Assembly (NCBI GenBank): GCA_045641585.1
Contig: JAZUHF010000041.1
Coordinates: forward strand, 2,217 to 66,216
Source: Acutalibacteraceae bacterium
GTDB taxonomy: Bacteria > Bacillota > Clostridia > Oscillospirales > Acutalibacteraceae
DNA length: 64,000 nt
Reading direction: 5' to 3'
In this document: piece after piece, positions 49,318 through 58,939 of the stretch
Layout: every line of letters begins with the position of its first letter
Numbering within the stretch: position 1 is the first letter of the stretch
Translations under genes and position numbers: made by a program
Notes under the pieces: model-generated
What the model saw: only the letters and a program-made list of their open reading frames with translations
Told to the model about the DNA's origin: nothing
The model's database searches: none

Positions 49318-50328
49318 TTATAGATTTGCAATAATTCCAATAATTAAGGCCAAGACAAAAATCAATACTGTAAATCCGTTAATAATAAATCCTGCAATCG
49401 ATAGCCCTTTTTTGCTTGTTTTTTCTTTTAAAGAATTAATACCTAAGATAATTGAAACAATTATTGCGGGAAACCACAAAACGACTGTTGCACCTAACGG
49501 ATAAGCGGCAATAGCTAAAATCAAACACCATAAGGATTTTTTATTTGCTTTTTTTATAATTTTATCATTTGCGACTTTTGCCTCATATAATGTTTTGGCC
49601 TCATTCATTTCTTCAATGCTATTATATGTAACACCGTTAAAAGTCCTTGGTAGTATATCGAATGTTTTTTCAAGTTTTTCAATTTTATCGGTTAATTTTT
49701 CTAATTGCTCATCTTGAATTTTATTCAATTCATCAATTTTTCCTATATGCTCATCTTGTTTAACATCATAGTTGATGCGTTCTTTAAGATTTTCAGACAG
49801 TTTTTCCTGCTTTATCATTATATCTTCTTGGGCTTTTAATTGCTTAATAACATTTAAGATTTCTTGTCTTGCCAAATCATCAAGTTCTTCTTTAGTAGCA
49901 CCACTTAATTTTAATTCAAGTTCTCTGACCACACTTCTGTTTGCCGCAATGTTTTTGACACCAAGTGCGAAAAGGAATTTGCAAAATTGTCCAAGTTTTT
50001 TTTGATATTCAAAAGACACTTTTTCTGCGTCTGCAAGCGAACCTATCGCATCTGCGTTTTCAACAGTGGCAGTTTGTAATGCCTCAATTGCTGCTTTTTT
50101 TTGGAATAATCCGGCTGATTGACTGCGAGCATATCTTGCGGAATTTATTGCATTATTTGCCTTTCGTTCGGAAATTTCAACATTATTTTTATACCTTTCG
50201 AGTTCGGAAAATGTATTACTTATAATAGAAGGAATTTCAGCAACGGAAGGATTGCTTGGTGTCATAACATCAATTGTGTCAGAATGTTCTGTTCGGTTAG
50301 TTTCATCATTGGATATATTATTTAACAT
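49318..50328 (-). CDS. Coiled-coil protein with two C-terminal TM helices, function unknown
   Basis: 336 aa. Long heptad-rich middle (…KQLKAQEDIMIKQEKLSENLKERI…KIDELNKIQDEQLEKLTDKIEKLEK…). C-terminal LWCLILAIAAYPLGATVVLWFPAIIVSIILGI and GLSIAGFIINGFTVLIFVLALIIGIIANL. Confidence 0.6.
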   Translation of the reverse strand: MLNNISNDETNRTEHSDTIDVMTPSNPSVAEIPSIISNTFSELERYKNNVEISERKANNAINSARYARSQSAGLFQKKAAIEALQTATVENADAIGSLADAEKVSFEYQKKLGQFCKFLFALGVKNIAANRSVVRELELKLSGATKEELDDLARQEILNVIKQLKAQEDIMIKQEKLSENLKERINYDVKQDEHIGKIDELNKIQDEQLEKLTDKIEKLEKTFDILPRTFNGVTYNSIEEMNEAKTLYEAKVANDKIIKKANKKSLWCLILAIAAYPLGATVVLWFPAIIVSIILGINSLKEKTSKKGLSIAGFIINGFTVLIFVLALIIGIIANL

Positions 50329-50332
50329 CTTT

Positions 50333-51895
50333 TTAACCCCACTTTAAAATATCATTTATTTCATTGATTAATTTTGGATTTTTTTCTGCAATATCTGGTA
50401 TGTAATTACCGATTTTTTTCATATTTGTTTTTATTTCCTGATATGATTCAGAGAAAAATTTTGAAGTTTCGTTCATCATTTCATATGCTTCTTCAATTGT
50501 TTTACCGGTATTGTCTGCCGCTATCCACATATTTGCCTGTTTATAAAAAACCTTTGCATTTAGCAAAAATATTTTTTCATTCATTATAGCAATTCGTTTA
50601 TTTCGAGATTTGCTACGCTGTATTCCCATTTTTACATCGGTTCCTACTGCCAACGCAAACCTGCCAATGCCTACAAAATTCACTTTCACTATCATATTTG
50701 ATAGAAATGTTGGACCAACTCCGCCGGATTTTATAGCAGATTCAATTGCAGCATCAGCTAAATCAATTGCAGTCATAGTACCGGTTGAAATTGTAAGCAT
50801 TCTTACAATAGTTCTATTTTTAAACGGAAGTGTATTTCTCCAATTAATTCTATCTAAATCTCTAAAATGCTTAACATCTTTTTCTTTTATTTCTATATAT
50901 AATCTACGAATAAAGTAAAATCCCCTTACAATACATTCGTTTATAATAACCGGAATTGATTGTTGACCAAATTGTGATAAAACACCAATTTCAGTTCGCA
51001 AATCAAATTTTTGTGCAGATATAATATTTCCGTTTGCATCTTTTTCAGCCAACAATGTTCCGTTAAAAAGTTTTGAAATTTTTACGGAAAATTCTTTATA
51101 TCCGTTTGCATTTAACTTTTTAAAAAATGGTAGTGCAGATACTTCTTTAAGAAAAGAAACAAGCGGGCCCGGCAGACCGGTTCCGACGCTGCCGTCAATA
51201 ATTGATGATGACGAACCGGCAATATCGCTAATCATATGAAAAAACCAATTTATCACACCAAAAGTAATTTTTTCGGGTGTGTTTTTGCCTATTAAGATTA
51301 AATCTTCTTTTTTTAAATCAACCACTTTAAAAATTCCTGCAACATCGGTACCGTAAACTTTATTAGTAAATTGAGTTAACAGTGAAAATATCAATCCTAC
51401 AGGTGTCGGGTGGTGCGAAAAATCACGAAGATGGTGTTGCTTGCCTCCGCCAAAACTGTTTGTTGCTTTATCAGCAGCTATAGGATATTTATCTTCTAAA
51501 AATTTTACTGCGCCGGCAACATCATCCCCTTTATAGCCTTGAGATTTTGCTATTTTTATAACAAATTTATCTGTTTTTGCATTACCGATTTCGTTTGCTC
51601 TTTCTAAAGAAAAATCTTCGACAAAAAGAACATCGATTATGCCTGCCAATACGCCACTGCCAACAGCAACCATATAATCTATTCCGTCGGCATGATTAGT
51701 AAGTTTATCAATTTCTATATTTAATTTTTCAATGGTCTCGTTAATCTCTTGCAATTGTTCATCTACAGAAGCAATTTCATTGAAGATTTTTTGCTGACGC
51801 TCGCTCAATGAATTAGATATGTTTATAATCGTTTGGATTTTATATTCTATTTCAAAATCATCAACAACAATTTTGTTTTCAACAATATTTTTCAC
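50333..51895 (-). CDS. Hypothetical 520-aa protein (N-terminal coiled coil, several hydrophobic segments), function unknown
   Basis: GTG start 51895; 4-nt gap to the downstream gene; motif ...FGGGKQHHLRDFSHHPTP...; no P-loop or nuclease motif recognised. Confidence 0.55.
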   Translation of the reverse strand: MKNIVENKIVVDDFEIEYKIQTIINISNSLSERQQKIFNEIASVDEQLQEINETIEKLNIEIDKLTNHADGIDYMVAVGSGVLAGIIDVLFVEDFSLERANEIGNAKTDKFVIKIAKSQGYKGDDVAGAVKFLEDKYPIAADKATNSFGGGKQHHLRDFSHHPTPVGLIFSLLTQFTNKVYGTDVAGIFKVVDLKKEDLILIGKNTPEKITFGVINWFFHMISDIAGSSSSIIDGSVGTGLPGPLVSFLKEVSALPFFKKLNANGYKEFSVKISKLFNGTLLAEKDANGNIISAQKFDLRTEIGVLSQFGQQSIPVIINECIVRGFYFIRRLYIEIKEKDVKHFRDLDRINWRNTLPFKNRTIVRMLTISTGTMTAIDLADAAIESAIKSGGVGPTFLSNMIVKVNFVGIGRFALAVGTDVKMGIQRSKSRNKRIAIMNEKIFLLNAKVFYKQANMWIAADNTGKTIEEAYEMMNETSKFFSESYQEIKTNMKKIGNYIPDIAEKNPKLINEINDILKWG

Positions 51896-52079
51896 AAAAG
51901 CACCAACTTTTCAGAAATGTTTTTATTATGATAGCATATTACGACATTTTTTTCAATGTTTTATAATACAACTAATATTATATTTTAAAATGTTCGCTCA
52001 CGACCAAATAACCTTATTGGCAAAATAAATTTATCATACACATAAAATGTGCCGCCCGATTGATTTCGGACGGCATCGT

Positions 52080-52349
52080 TTATTTGTTATTCAAGATTTT
52101 CTCTGGATAGTCGGCAAAATTCAAAATATCGCCCGGCTTAACCTCTAATGCATCGGCGATAGCATATAAAACTTCAAGTGAAAAAGAACGGGATGTTCCG
52201 GGAGCTTCAATTGAACTCAAAAAGGTTCGGCTTATCCCTGCTTTTTCAGATAATTGTTCTTGTGTCATATCCCGCATTTTTCGAAGCGATGCAATGGTAA
52301 TACCGAGTTGATTTATTTTATCACGGTAATTAAATTTATTTTCGTTCAA
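52080..52349 (-). CDS. XRE-family HTH transcriptional regulator
   Basis: 89 aa; ...LRKMRDMTQEQLSEKAGISRTFLSSIE... Confidence 0.8.
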   Translation of the reverse strand: MNENKFNYRDKINQLGITIASLRKMRDMTQEQLSEKAGISRTFLSSIEAPGTSRSFSLEVLYAIADALEVKPGDILNFADYPEKILNNK

Positions 52350-52423
52350 CGCCTACACCTCTCATTCTTCATAAATATTATAATTCTTGAAGATACACAA
52401 GTCCGCAATCTCATTGTTTGCTA

Positions 52424-52471
52424 TTGACTTATATAGTTTGCAAAAGTAAAATATATTTATATATTTGCAAA
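52424..52471 (+). promoter_or_regulatory. Promoter of the SLOG gene with two copies of the palindromic octamer TTTGCAAA (candidate XRE operators)
   Basis: TTGACT (52424-52429), 17 nt, TAAAAT (52447-52452). TTTGCAAA at 52437-52444 (in the spacer) and 52464-52471. Confidence 0.5.
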
Positions 52472-52488
52472 CAAGAGAGGTTGAAAGT

Positions 52489-52998
52489 ATGAAACATTCA
52501 GTATGCTTTATCGGACATAGGAAAATCAACGATACACTGCAACTTCGGGAACGGTTGCAGAGCATTTTGCTTGATTTAGTAAAAAACGGCACAACTAACT
52601 TTATCTTCGGAGACCATTCGGCATTTGACAGTTTGTGCTATGAACTGGTGACGGAATTAAAAGAAAAATACCCCGAAATCAAACGGATAAACTTCCGCAA
52701 AGATTACGAGGACACCGACGATTATACGATGCAGTTTTTAATTAAAGGGTACGAAGAAAGCATCTGCCCGAAAGGTGTCGGCAACGCCGGCAGAGCAAGT
52801 TATGTCGTACGCAATCAGGCGATGGTTCGAGAAAGCGATGTTTGTATCTTTTATTACGATGAAAACTATCAACCCGCCCGTAGAAGAACCAGCCGCCACG
52901 ACCTCACTGACTACCAACCCAAAAGCGGCACCGCCCTTGCGTACGCCTATGCCGAAAGCAAAAAGAAAAGAATCATCAACTGTTTCAACCCCGATTGA
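52489..52998 (+). CDS. SLOG-superfamily protein (DUF1273/YpsA-like)
   Basis: MKHSVCFIGHRKI... N-terminus plus ...NFIFGDHSAFDSLC... and ...RNQAMVRESDVCIFYYD... fit the DUF1273 pattern. Confidence 0.55.
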   Translation: MKHSVCFIGHRKINDTLQLRERLQSILLDLVKNGTTNFIFGDHSAFDSLCYELVTELKEKYPEIKRINFRKDYEDTDDYTMQFLIKGYEESICPKGVGNAGRASYVVRNQAMVRESDVCIFYYDENYQPARRRTSRHDLTDYQPKSGTALAYAYAESKKKRIINCFNPD

Positions 52999-53140
52999 AT
53001 TCAATTGTCAATAGCATAGCAATATTTGCTTGTAGAAAGTTTGAAATCCTTATCAAATTATTGATTTTACGGTCGAATTGAGTTATACTGTATTTGTAAA
53101 ATTGTACCTTACGCCAAATGGCTCAAAAAGGAGAATCGAA

Positions 53141-53347
53141 ATGGCTGTCAGTTATAAGAAATTGTGGCATATCCTCTTGGATCGCAACATGAAGAAAAAA
53201 GACCTGGAAGCCGCCGCCGGCATCACTCATTATCAGATGTATAAGCTCGCCAACGATAAAGATATCACCACCGATGTAATCGGTGCTATCTGTGTTGCAC
53301 TTGACTGCAAGCCCGATGATATTATGGAATTTTTATCTGATAAATAG
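53141..53347 (+). CDS. Small XRE/Cro-type HTH protein
   Basis: ATG 53141 after AAAAAGGAG; 68 aa; ...MKKKDLEAAAGITHYQMYKLANDK... Confidence 0.7.
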   Translation: MAVSYKKLWHILLDRNMKKKDLEAAAGITHYQMYKLANDKDITTDVIGAICVALDCKPDDIMEFLSDK

Positions 53348-53380
53348 AGAATTTAAGGAACAATATGTGGTGGTGAAATA

Positions 53381-54670
53381 ATGAGACAGGCAGACAGCAC
53401 TATTAAGGGATATATTTACCAATTTAACAAATCTATTTATGAAATTCTATTGGCAGATAACGATTCTGAAATTACACTAGAAGGTGTAATTGAAGATATT
53501 GATATATCCTCACCGACCAGTTTAACAACTATTCAGTGCAAATACCATGAGGATAAAAAATATCAAATGTCATCTGTTGCTGTTCCAATATTAGAAATGC
53601 TTTGCAACTTTTGCGAAACATCATATTTGGGAAAAGATGTGAAATATAAATTATATGCCTATTATCAAGAAAATGTAGATGACATAGAGTTAACTGATTT
53701 TATAAATTTTATTAAATCAACACAAGATAAAGATATTATTGTAAAATATTTTTATCGGATTTACTCTATTCCGGATTCATCTATCTTAGCCACAGCAAAC
53801 AAAATAAAAAAGTCTTCCGATGATAAGAATAATCTTATTGCTTATTACAATAAAAATAAAAATTCTTTATCGTTGAGGGTTGCAATTGCTGATTTCTGGA
53901 AACATTTTGAATATATCAAGGCAGAACAGTTTGATGCTCTTAAAGAATCAATTCTTGTGGAACTTTGTAAGTTGACTGATGTTGATACAGCCTCTTCGCT
54001 TTTTTATCCGAATGCGTTTTCATACATTGCATCGATGTCGTCAAAAGCAGATGTCAACAAACGTAAGACCTCAAGGGGACAATTTATAGATTTTCTTTCT
54101 CATCAAAAAACAGTATTGTTAAATCAGTGGACATTGGAAGCGTTAGACAGAAAAGCGATATTAAAGGCAAAAAAAGAATCTTTGGCCCCAATGTTTGCTT
54201 CAAATACAGAAGTTCGGGCATTTTTACTGTCGGATGGATTTTTACATACTAATTCCGATTTTATTATCCCTTTTATAAGAGAATATGTGGGAAAATATTA
54301 TAAGAAGCCACGATTGCAAAAACCTCCAATTTTTATCTTTGGAAGTAACCATTCGGACTTAATGCAAAATGTAATCGTGGAATTATATAAATATCAGCAA
54401 ACCGTAAATAACGGGATGGTTGGTTTGCAATTTTTTGAAGATAGTTTTATTAACGGTAGCAATTATTCTTCAAATTATGTTTGCAAAGTTGCTTCGGAAT
54501 GTAATATTTCAATCGAGGTTTTGGAAAAGTGTTTAGTAAATCAATTATATATTATTGGTAAATCGAATCACAATATGTGCAGTATAAATTACGAAGAAGA
54601 AATTTTGGATATTTCATCTATTAAGGAATTAAAATATCTGATTGGATTAAACAAAACATTGGAGGTTTAA
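53381..54670 (+). CDS. DUF4297 (Cap4-like PD-(D/E)xK nuclease) domain protein, HerA partner
   Basis: N-terminal ...STIKGYIYQFNKSIYEILL...ITLEGVIEDIDI...IQCKYHE (G-x-x-Y-Q ... E-x-x-E-D-h-D ... Q-x-K). Confidence 0.6.
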   Translation: MRQADSTIKGYIYQFNKSIYEILLADNDSEITLEGVIEDIDISSPTSLTTIQCKYHEDKKYQMSSVAVPILEMLCNFCETSYLGKDVKYKLYAYYQENVDDIELTDFINFIKSTQDKDIIVKYFYRIYSIPDSSILATANKIKKSSDDKNNLIAYYNKNKNSLSLRVAIADFWKHFEYIKAEQFDALKESILVELCKLTDVDTASSLFYPNAFSYIASMSSKADVNKRKTSRGQFIDFLSHQKTVLLNQWTLEALDRKAILKAKKESLAPMFASNTEVRAFLLSDGFLHTNSDFIIPFIREYVGKYYKKPRLQKPPIFIFGSNHSDLMQNVIVELYKYQQTVNNGMVGLQFFEDSFINGSNYSSNYVCKVASECNISIEVLEKCLVNQLYIIGKSNHNMCSINYEEEILDISSIKELKYLIGLNKTLEV

Positions 54671-54672
54671 TA

Positions 54673-56445
54673 ATGACTGAAATAGGTAAAGTGACAAGCA
54701 GTACGCCTGGGGTAATTAGAATAATGCTGAACAGCATTGAGGACTTTGAACGGAACAAGGAAAAAATACGTATTTCCAAATATATTGCGATTGAAGACGG
54801 AAACGATCTTAAAATATTATCATCTATCCAAAATATATCTGCTGTCCAAACTGCAGATGCAAGCACTATCAGTTATTCAATCGATTGTACACCAATTGGG
54901 TGTTATTTTGAGACTGAAGAAGGTATTATTTTTAGACAGGGCGGAGTCAATCTTCCGTCTCCTACAGAACCAGCTTATTTGCCAGATGACGATGTGATAA
55001 ACGCAATATTCAGCAGCAATGATAATTTTTCCTTTCACATTGGTACTCTTTCAAACAACAAGAGTGTAAACTACTATGTTGACGGAAACCGTTTTTTCGG
55101 TAAACATATTGCAGTTGTCGGATCAACTGGATCAGGAAAATCGTGTGCAGTCACAAGACTTTTGCAGAATATTTTGAAAATTAATGAAGGCCATAATCAA
55201 AATATTGGAAATTTGAAAAATGCACATATTATTATTTTTGATATTCATTCTGAATATCGTTCTGCTTTTACGCTTGATGAACAAGAATCTTTTAGCTTGA
55301 ACTGCCTGGATGTTGAAAAGCTATGCTTGCCATATTGGTTAATGAACTCTCAAGAATTAGAAGCACTATTTATTGAAAGTAATGAACTCAATTCACACAA
55401 CCAGATTTCACAATTTAAAAAAGCTGTTATTTTGAGCAAAGAAAAACACAATCCAGATATGGAACGAATTACATATGATACACCGGTGTATTTTGACATT
55501 AACGAAGTTTATAGATATATAAAAAACAAGAACAACGAGGTAATAAACAAAAACGAATCACTTCCTCATTTGCCAAAGCGAATCGACGGTACAATTATAG
55601 AGAACGCGGATGATGTTTATTTGTTAGAAGAAATCGAATTTTCTGCAACAAGTACATCAAAAGATTCTAAAGCATCAAACGGACCATATAATGGAGAATT
55701 TGAACGATTTATCACTCGACTTGAAACAAAACTATCTGATAAACGATTAAAATTTATTACTGCATCTGAAAAAGCCAATGGTGAAAAATACACAACATCC
55801 GATTTTAGTGAAATACTTAAGCAATTTTTAGGCTATATAGATAAATGTAATGTTACAATTATCGACCTTAGTGCAATACCTTTTGAAGTTTTGAGCATTG
55901 TTGTTAGTTTGCTCTCGCGGATAATTTTTGATTTTGCATTTCACTATTCAAAGATAAGACATGCATACGGTCAGGTTAATGATATACCATTTATGTTGGT
56001 ATGCGAAGAGGCGCATAACTATATACCACGAGCTGGTGGCGCAGAATACTCTGCTTCAAAGCATTCCATTGAAAGAATAGCAAAAGAAGGAAGAAAATAT
56101 GGGCTAAATTTAATGGTGGTTAGTCAAAGACCTTCAGAAGTATCAGAAACTATTTTTTCGCAATGCAACAATTTTGTTGTTTTAAAACTTACGAACATCA
56201 ATGATCAAAATTGCATAAAAAATTTATTACCAGACAACAACGCTTCTCTTGTTGATGTTCTTCCTACGTTAGCAGCTGGAGAATGCTTAATTGTAGGTGA
56301 TGCAGTTCCGCTTCCAACTGTTATAAAAATGGATATGCCAAATCCTGTTCCAAATTCAAGTAATGTAAATGTTTATGATGAATGGAACAAGGATTGGATT
56401 GATGTTGCATTTGACGATGTAATTAGAAGATGGCGTAGAGAATAA
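54673..56445 (+). CDS. HerA-like (DUF87/FtsK-HerA) ATPase
   Basis: ...GKHIAVVGSTGSGKSCAV (Walker A), FMLVCEEAHNYIP (Walker B), ...EGRKYGLNLMVVSQRPSEV... Confidence 0.8.
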   Translation: MTEIGKVTSSTPGVIRIMLNSIEDFERNKEKIRISKYIAIEDGNDLKILSSIQNISAVQTADASTISYSIDCTPIGCYFETEEGIIFRQGGVNLPSPTEPAYLPDDDVINAIFSSNDNFSFHIGTLSNNKSVNYYVDGNRFFGKHIAVVGSTGSGKSCAVTRLLQNILKINEGHNQNIGNLKNAHIIIFDIHSEYRSAFTLDEQESFSLNCLDVEKLCLPYWLMNSQELEALFIESNELNSHNQISQFKKAVILSKEKHNPDMERITYDTPVYFDINEVYRYIKNKNNEVINKNESLPHLPKRIDGTIIENADDVYLLEEIEFSATSTSKDSKASNGPYNGEFERFITRLETKLSDKRLKFITASEKANGEKYTTSDFSEILKQFLGYIDKCNVTIIDLSAIPFEVLSIVVSLLSRIIFDFAFHYSKIRHAYGQVNDIPFMLVCEEAHNYIPRAGGAEYSASKHSIERIAKEGRKYGLNLMVVSQRPSEVSETIFSQCNNFVVLKLTNINDQNCIKNLLPDNNASLVDVLPTLAAGECLIVGDAVPLPTVIKMDMPNPVPNSSNVNVYDEWNKDWIDVAFDDVIRRWRRE

Positions 56446-56554
56446 GCTTTTTCTAATCTCATAGTATTTACATATAAAACAGAATAATTGCCATATTTAT
56501 CAACGCAATGTCATTAACACTAAGTTTTAATTTAAAAGTACTAACAAATATCAA

Positions 56555-56989
56555 ATGGATGTTATTATGGATAAACATACGCCTGAACAACGGCGACGAA
56601 ACATGCAAGCCGTTAAAAACAAAGATTCTCAAATTGAATTGATGCTTCGTAAAGAGTTATGGAGCAGAGGTTTGAGATATCAAAAGAATTCAAGCAAGAT
56701 TTTCGGGCATCCCGATATCGTATTTATCGGCAAAAAAGTCGCCGTATTTTGCGATAGCGAATTTTGGCACGGATACGATTGGGAAAGACGAAAAAGCGAT
56801 TTCAAATCGCACCAAGAGTTTTGGATACCTAAAATCGAGCGTAATATGGAACGAGATATTGAAGTAAATAAGCAACTGCAATCAGAGGGTTGGACTGTTC
56901 TCCGTTTTTGGGGGAAAGAAATAAAAAAAGACATTCAAAGTTGTGCCGACAAAATTGAAAGGGCGGTAAAATTAAATGAAAAAATATAA
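56555..56989 (+). CDS. vsr: Very-short-patch repair endonuclease
   Basis: ...TPEQRRRNMQAVKNKDSQIELMLRKELWSRGLRYQKN...GHPDIVFIGKKVAVFCDSEFWHG...; alternative start 56567. Confidence 0.85.
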   Translation: MDVIMDKHTPEQRRRNMQAVKNKDSQIELMLRKELWSRGLRYQKNSSKIFGHPDIVFIGKKVAVFCDSEFWHGYDWERRKSDFKSHQEFWIPKIERNMERDIEVNKQLQSEGWTVLRFWGKEIKKDIQSCADKIERAVKLNEKI

Positions 56990-58220
56990 TGCCATAGATC
57001 TTTTTGCCGGTGCCGGTGGTTTGTCAGAAGGTTTTTTACAAACAGGCAGATTTAACTTTTTGGCACATATTGAATGGGAAGCACCTATGGTTAATACATT
57101 GCGAAACAACCTGATAAAAAGATGGGGATATTCGCAAGAAAAAGCAAATGAATCAGTAATTCAATTTGATATACAAAAAACCGAAGAACTGATTAACGGA
57201 AATTGGTCTGAAGAAACTCGTAATATATATGAAAAATATAATTCGCCTATCATTGCAAAAAAAGGATTAAATGGTTTAATCGACAAAAAGAAAGTTGATG
57301 TCATTATCGGTGGTCCACCTTGTCAAGCGTATTCAATTGCAGGTCGAGCACAAGACCCGAATTCCATGAAAACTGACTATCGTAACTATTTGTTTGAAAG
57401 TTTTGTAAAGATAGTTGATTATTATAAACCGAAAGCGTTTGTTTTTGAAAATGTTCCGGGCATTTTAAGTGCATGTCCCGGAGATGAATTGGTAATCAAA
57501 AGAATTTATAAGGCCTTTTCGGATATCGGATATGATATTCGAACCCCCGAAATAATGAAAAAATCCATTTATTCTTCTGCCGATTATCAGGTTCCCCAAG
57601 ACAGACACAGAGTAATCATATTCGGTGTGAAAAAAGATTCAAAAATTCCGTTGGAAGATTTTTATAAAAATTTTGATAATCAAAAATCTGATGAAACATA
57701 TAAAACAGTAAGAGATGCCATTGGAAATATGCCCAAATTCAAACCTGTTGATAAACCATATAAAATCGGTAACAGGAATGTATCGCACGAACTTATCGGC
57801 AATATCAATATTCCGTTTCATGAAGCCAGATACCACAACAAACGAGATATTGAAGTTTTCAGAAAATGGCTGTCGGAAAACATGAACAATCTTCCGAATG
57901 AAGAAAAATTGAAATTTTATAAAAAGGTTTCCGGCAAAAATTCAAACCACAATAAATACCGGAGTTTGGAATGGGATAAGCCTTCGCCCACGATAGTTTC
58001 TCACTTATATAAAGACGGATTGATGTTTATTCATCCGGACATTGAGCAGTTAAGGTCCATTACCGTAAAAGAAGCGGCGATATTACAAACATTCCCGGAT
58101 GATTTTGAGTTTGTTGGTTCGACAGCATATTGTTTTAAAATGATCGGTAATGCCGTCCCTATATTATTTGCAAAAAGCATTGCGTTGGCGGTAATTGATA
58201 CATTGGAGAAAAGTAAATGA
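56976..58220 (+). CDS. DNA (cytosine-5)-methyltransferase
   Basis: AIDLFAGAGGLSEGF (motif I), GGPPCQAYS (IV), FVFENVPG (VI), ...IGNAVPI (X); overlaps vsr by 14 nt. Confidence 0.9.
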   Translation: MKKYNAIDLFAGAGGLSEGFLQTGRFNFLAHIEWEAPMVNTLRNNLIKRWGYSQEKANESVIQFDIQKTEELINGNWSEETRNIYEKYNSPIIAKKGLNGLIDKKKVDVIIGGPPCQAYSIAGRAQDPNSMKTDYRNYLFESFVKIVDYYKPKAFVFENVPGILSACPGDELVIKRIYKAFSDIGYDIRTPEIMKKSIYSSADYQVPQDRHRVIIFGVKKDSKIPLEDFYKNFDNQKSDETYKTVRDAIGNMPKFKPVDKPYKIGNRNVSHELIGNINIPFHEARYHNKRDIEVFRKWLSENMNNLPNEEKLKFYKKVSGKNSNHNKYRSLEWDKPSPTIVSHLYKDGLMFIHPDIEQLRSITVKEAAILQTFPDDFEFVGSTAYCFKMIGNAVPILFAKSIALAVIDTLEKSK

Positions 58221-58939
58221 AAATATTGAATGTTCTTGTGGCTTGTGAAGAAAGCCAACGAGTCTGCACTGAATTCCGAAAATTAGGACATAACGCTTAT
58301 AGTTGTGATATTTTGGACTGCAGTGGTGGGCATCCTGAATGGCATTTTAAACAAGATGTTTTAGAGGTCATTAAAGACCACGGTGGTACGCTTCAAACAG
58401 GCGAAAAACTATACATAAACGGTGAATGGGACTTGATGATTGCTCATCCCCCGTGCACATACCTCGCTGTCAGCGGTGCGAGATGGTATTATCATCCGGA
58501 TGACAAGGATTTACCCATTGAGAAACGCAGACCACATCCGAGATTTCCAAACAGAGCACAAGATCGAGAAGACGGTGCGGCGTTTTTTATGGCACTCGTG
58601 AATGCTCCGATAGAGCATATTGCCGTTGAAAACCCAGTTGGAATTATGAACACACGATACAGAAAACCCGATCAAGTCGTTCAACCGTATTTTTTCGGTG
58701 ATGAAGCGTCAAAATCAACCTGTTTATGGCTGAAAAATCTCCCCTTGTTGGAACCGACTGATATTGTCGGCAAAGGTGAAATGGTGGAGTTAAGCAGCGG
58801 TAAACGACTTCCCAAATGGTATTCGGACGCACTTGTAAAAGCAAAAACGCCCGAAGAAAGAAGAAATTTAAGAAGCAAAACTTTTCCCGGATTTGCAAAA
58901 GCTATTGCAGAACAATGGAGTAAGGAGTTAACAAAATGA
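58217..58939 (+). CDS. Short C5-MTase-fold protein lacking a recognisable motif I and target-recognition domain
   Basis: 240 aa; VLVACEESQ in place of FxGxG; AHPPCTYLAVSG (PC motif); AVENPVG (ENV-like); ATGA overlaps on both sides. Confidence 0.5.
   Translation: MKILNVLVACEESQRVCTEFRKLGHNAYSCDILDCSGGHPEWHFKQDVLEVIKDHGGTLQTGEKLYINGEWDLMIAHPPCTYLAVSGARWYYHPDDKDLPIEKRRPHPRFPNRAQDREDGAAFFMALVNAPIEHIAVENPVGIMNTRYRKPDQVVQPYFFGDEASKSTCLWLKNLPLLEPTDIVGKGEMVELSSGKRLPKWYSDALVKAKTPEERRNLRSKTFPGFAKAIAEQWSKELTK

Noticed and set aside
49975-50102. Two T8/A8 homopolymer runs inside the 336-aa coiled-coil gene as phase-variation tracts
   Set aside because: Runs of 8 are common in DNA this AT-rich and both encode Lys-Lys in frame. 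There is no evidence of slippage.
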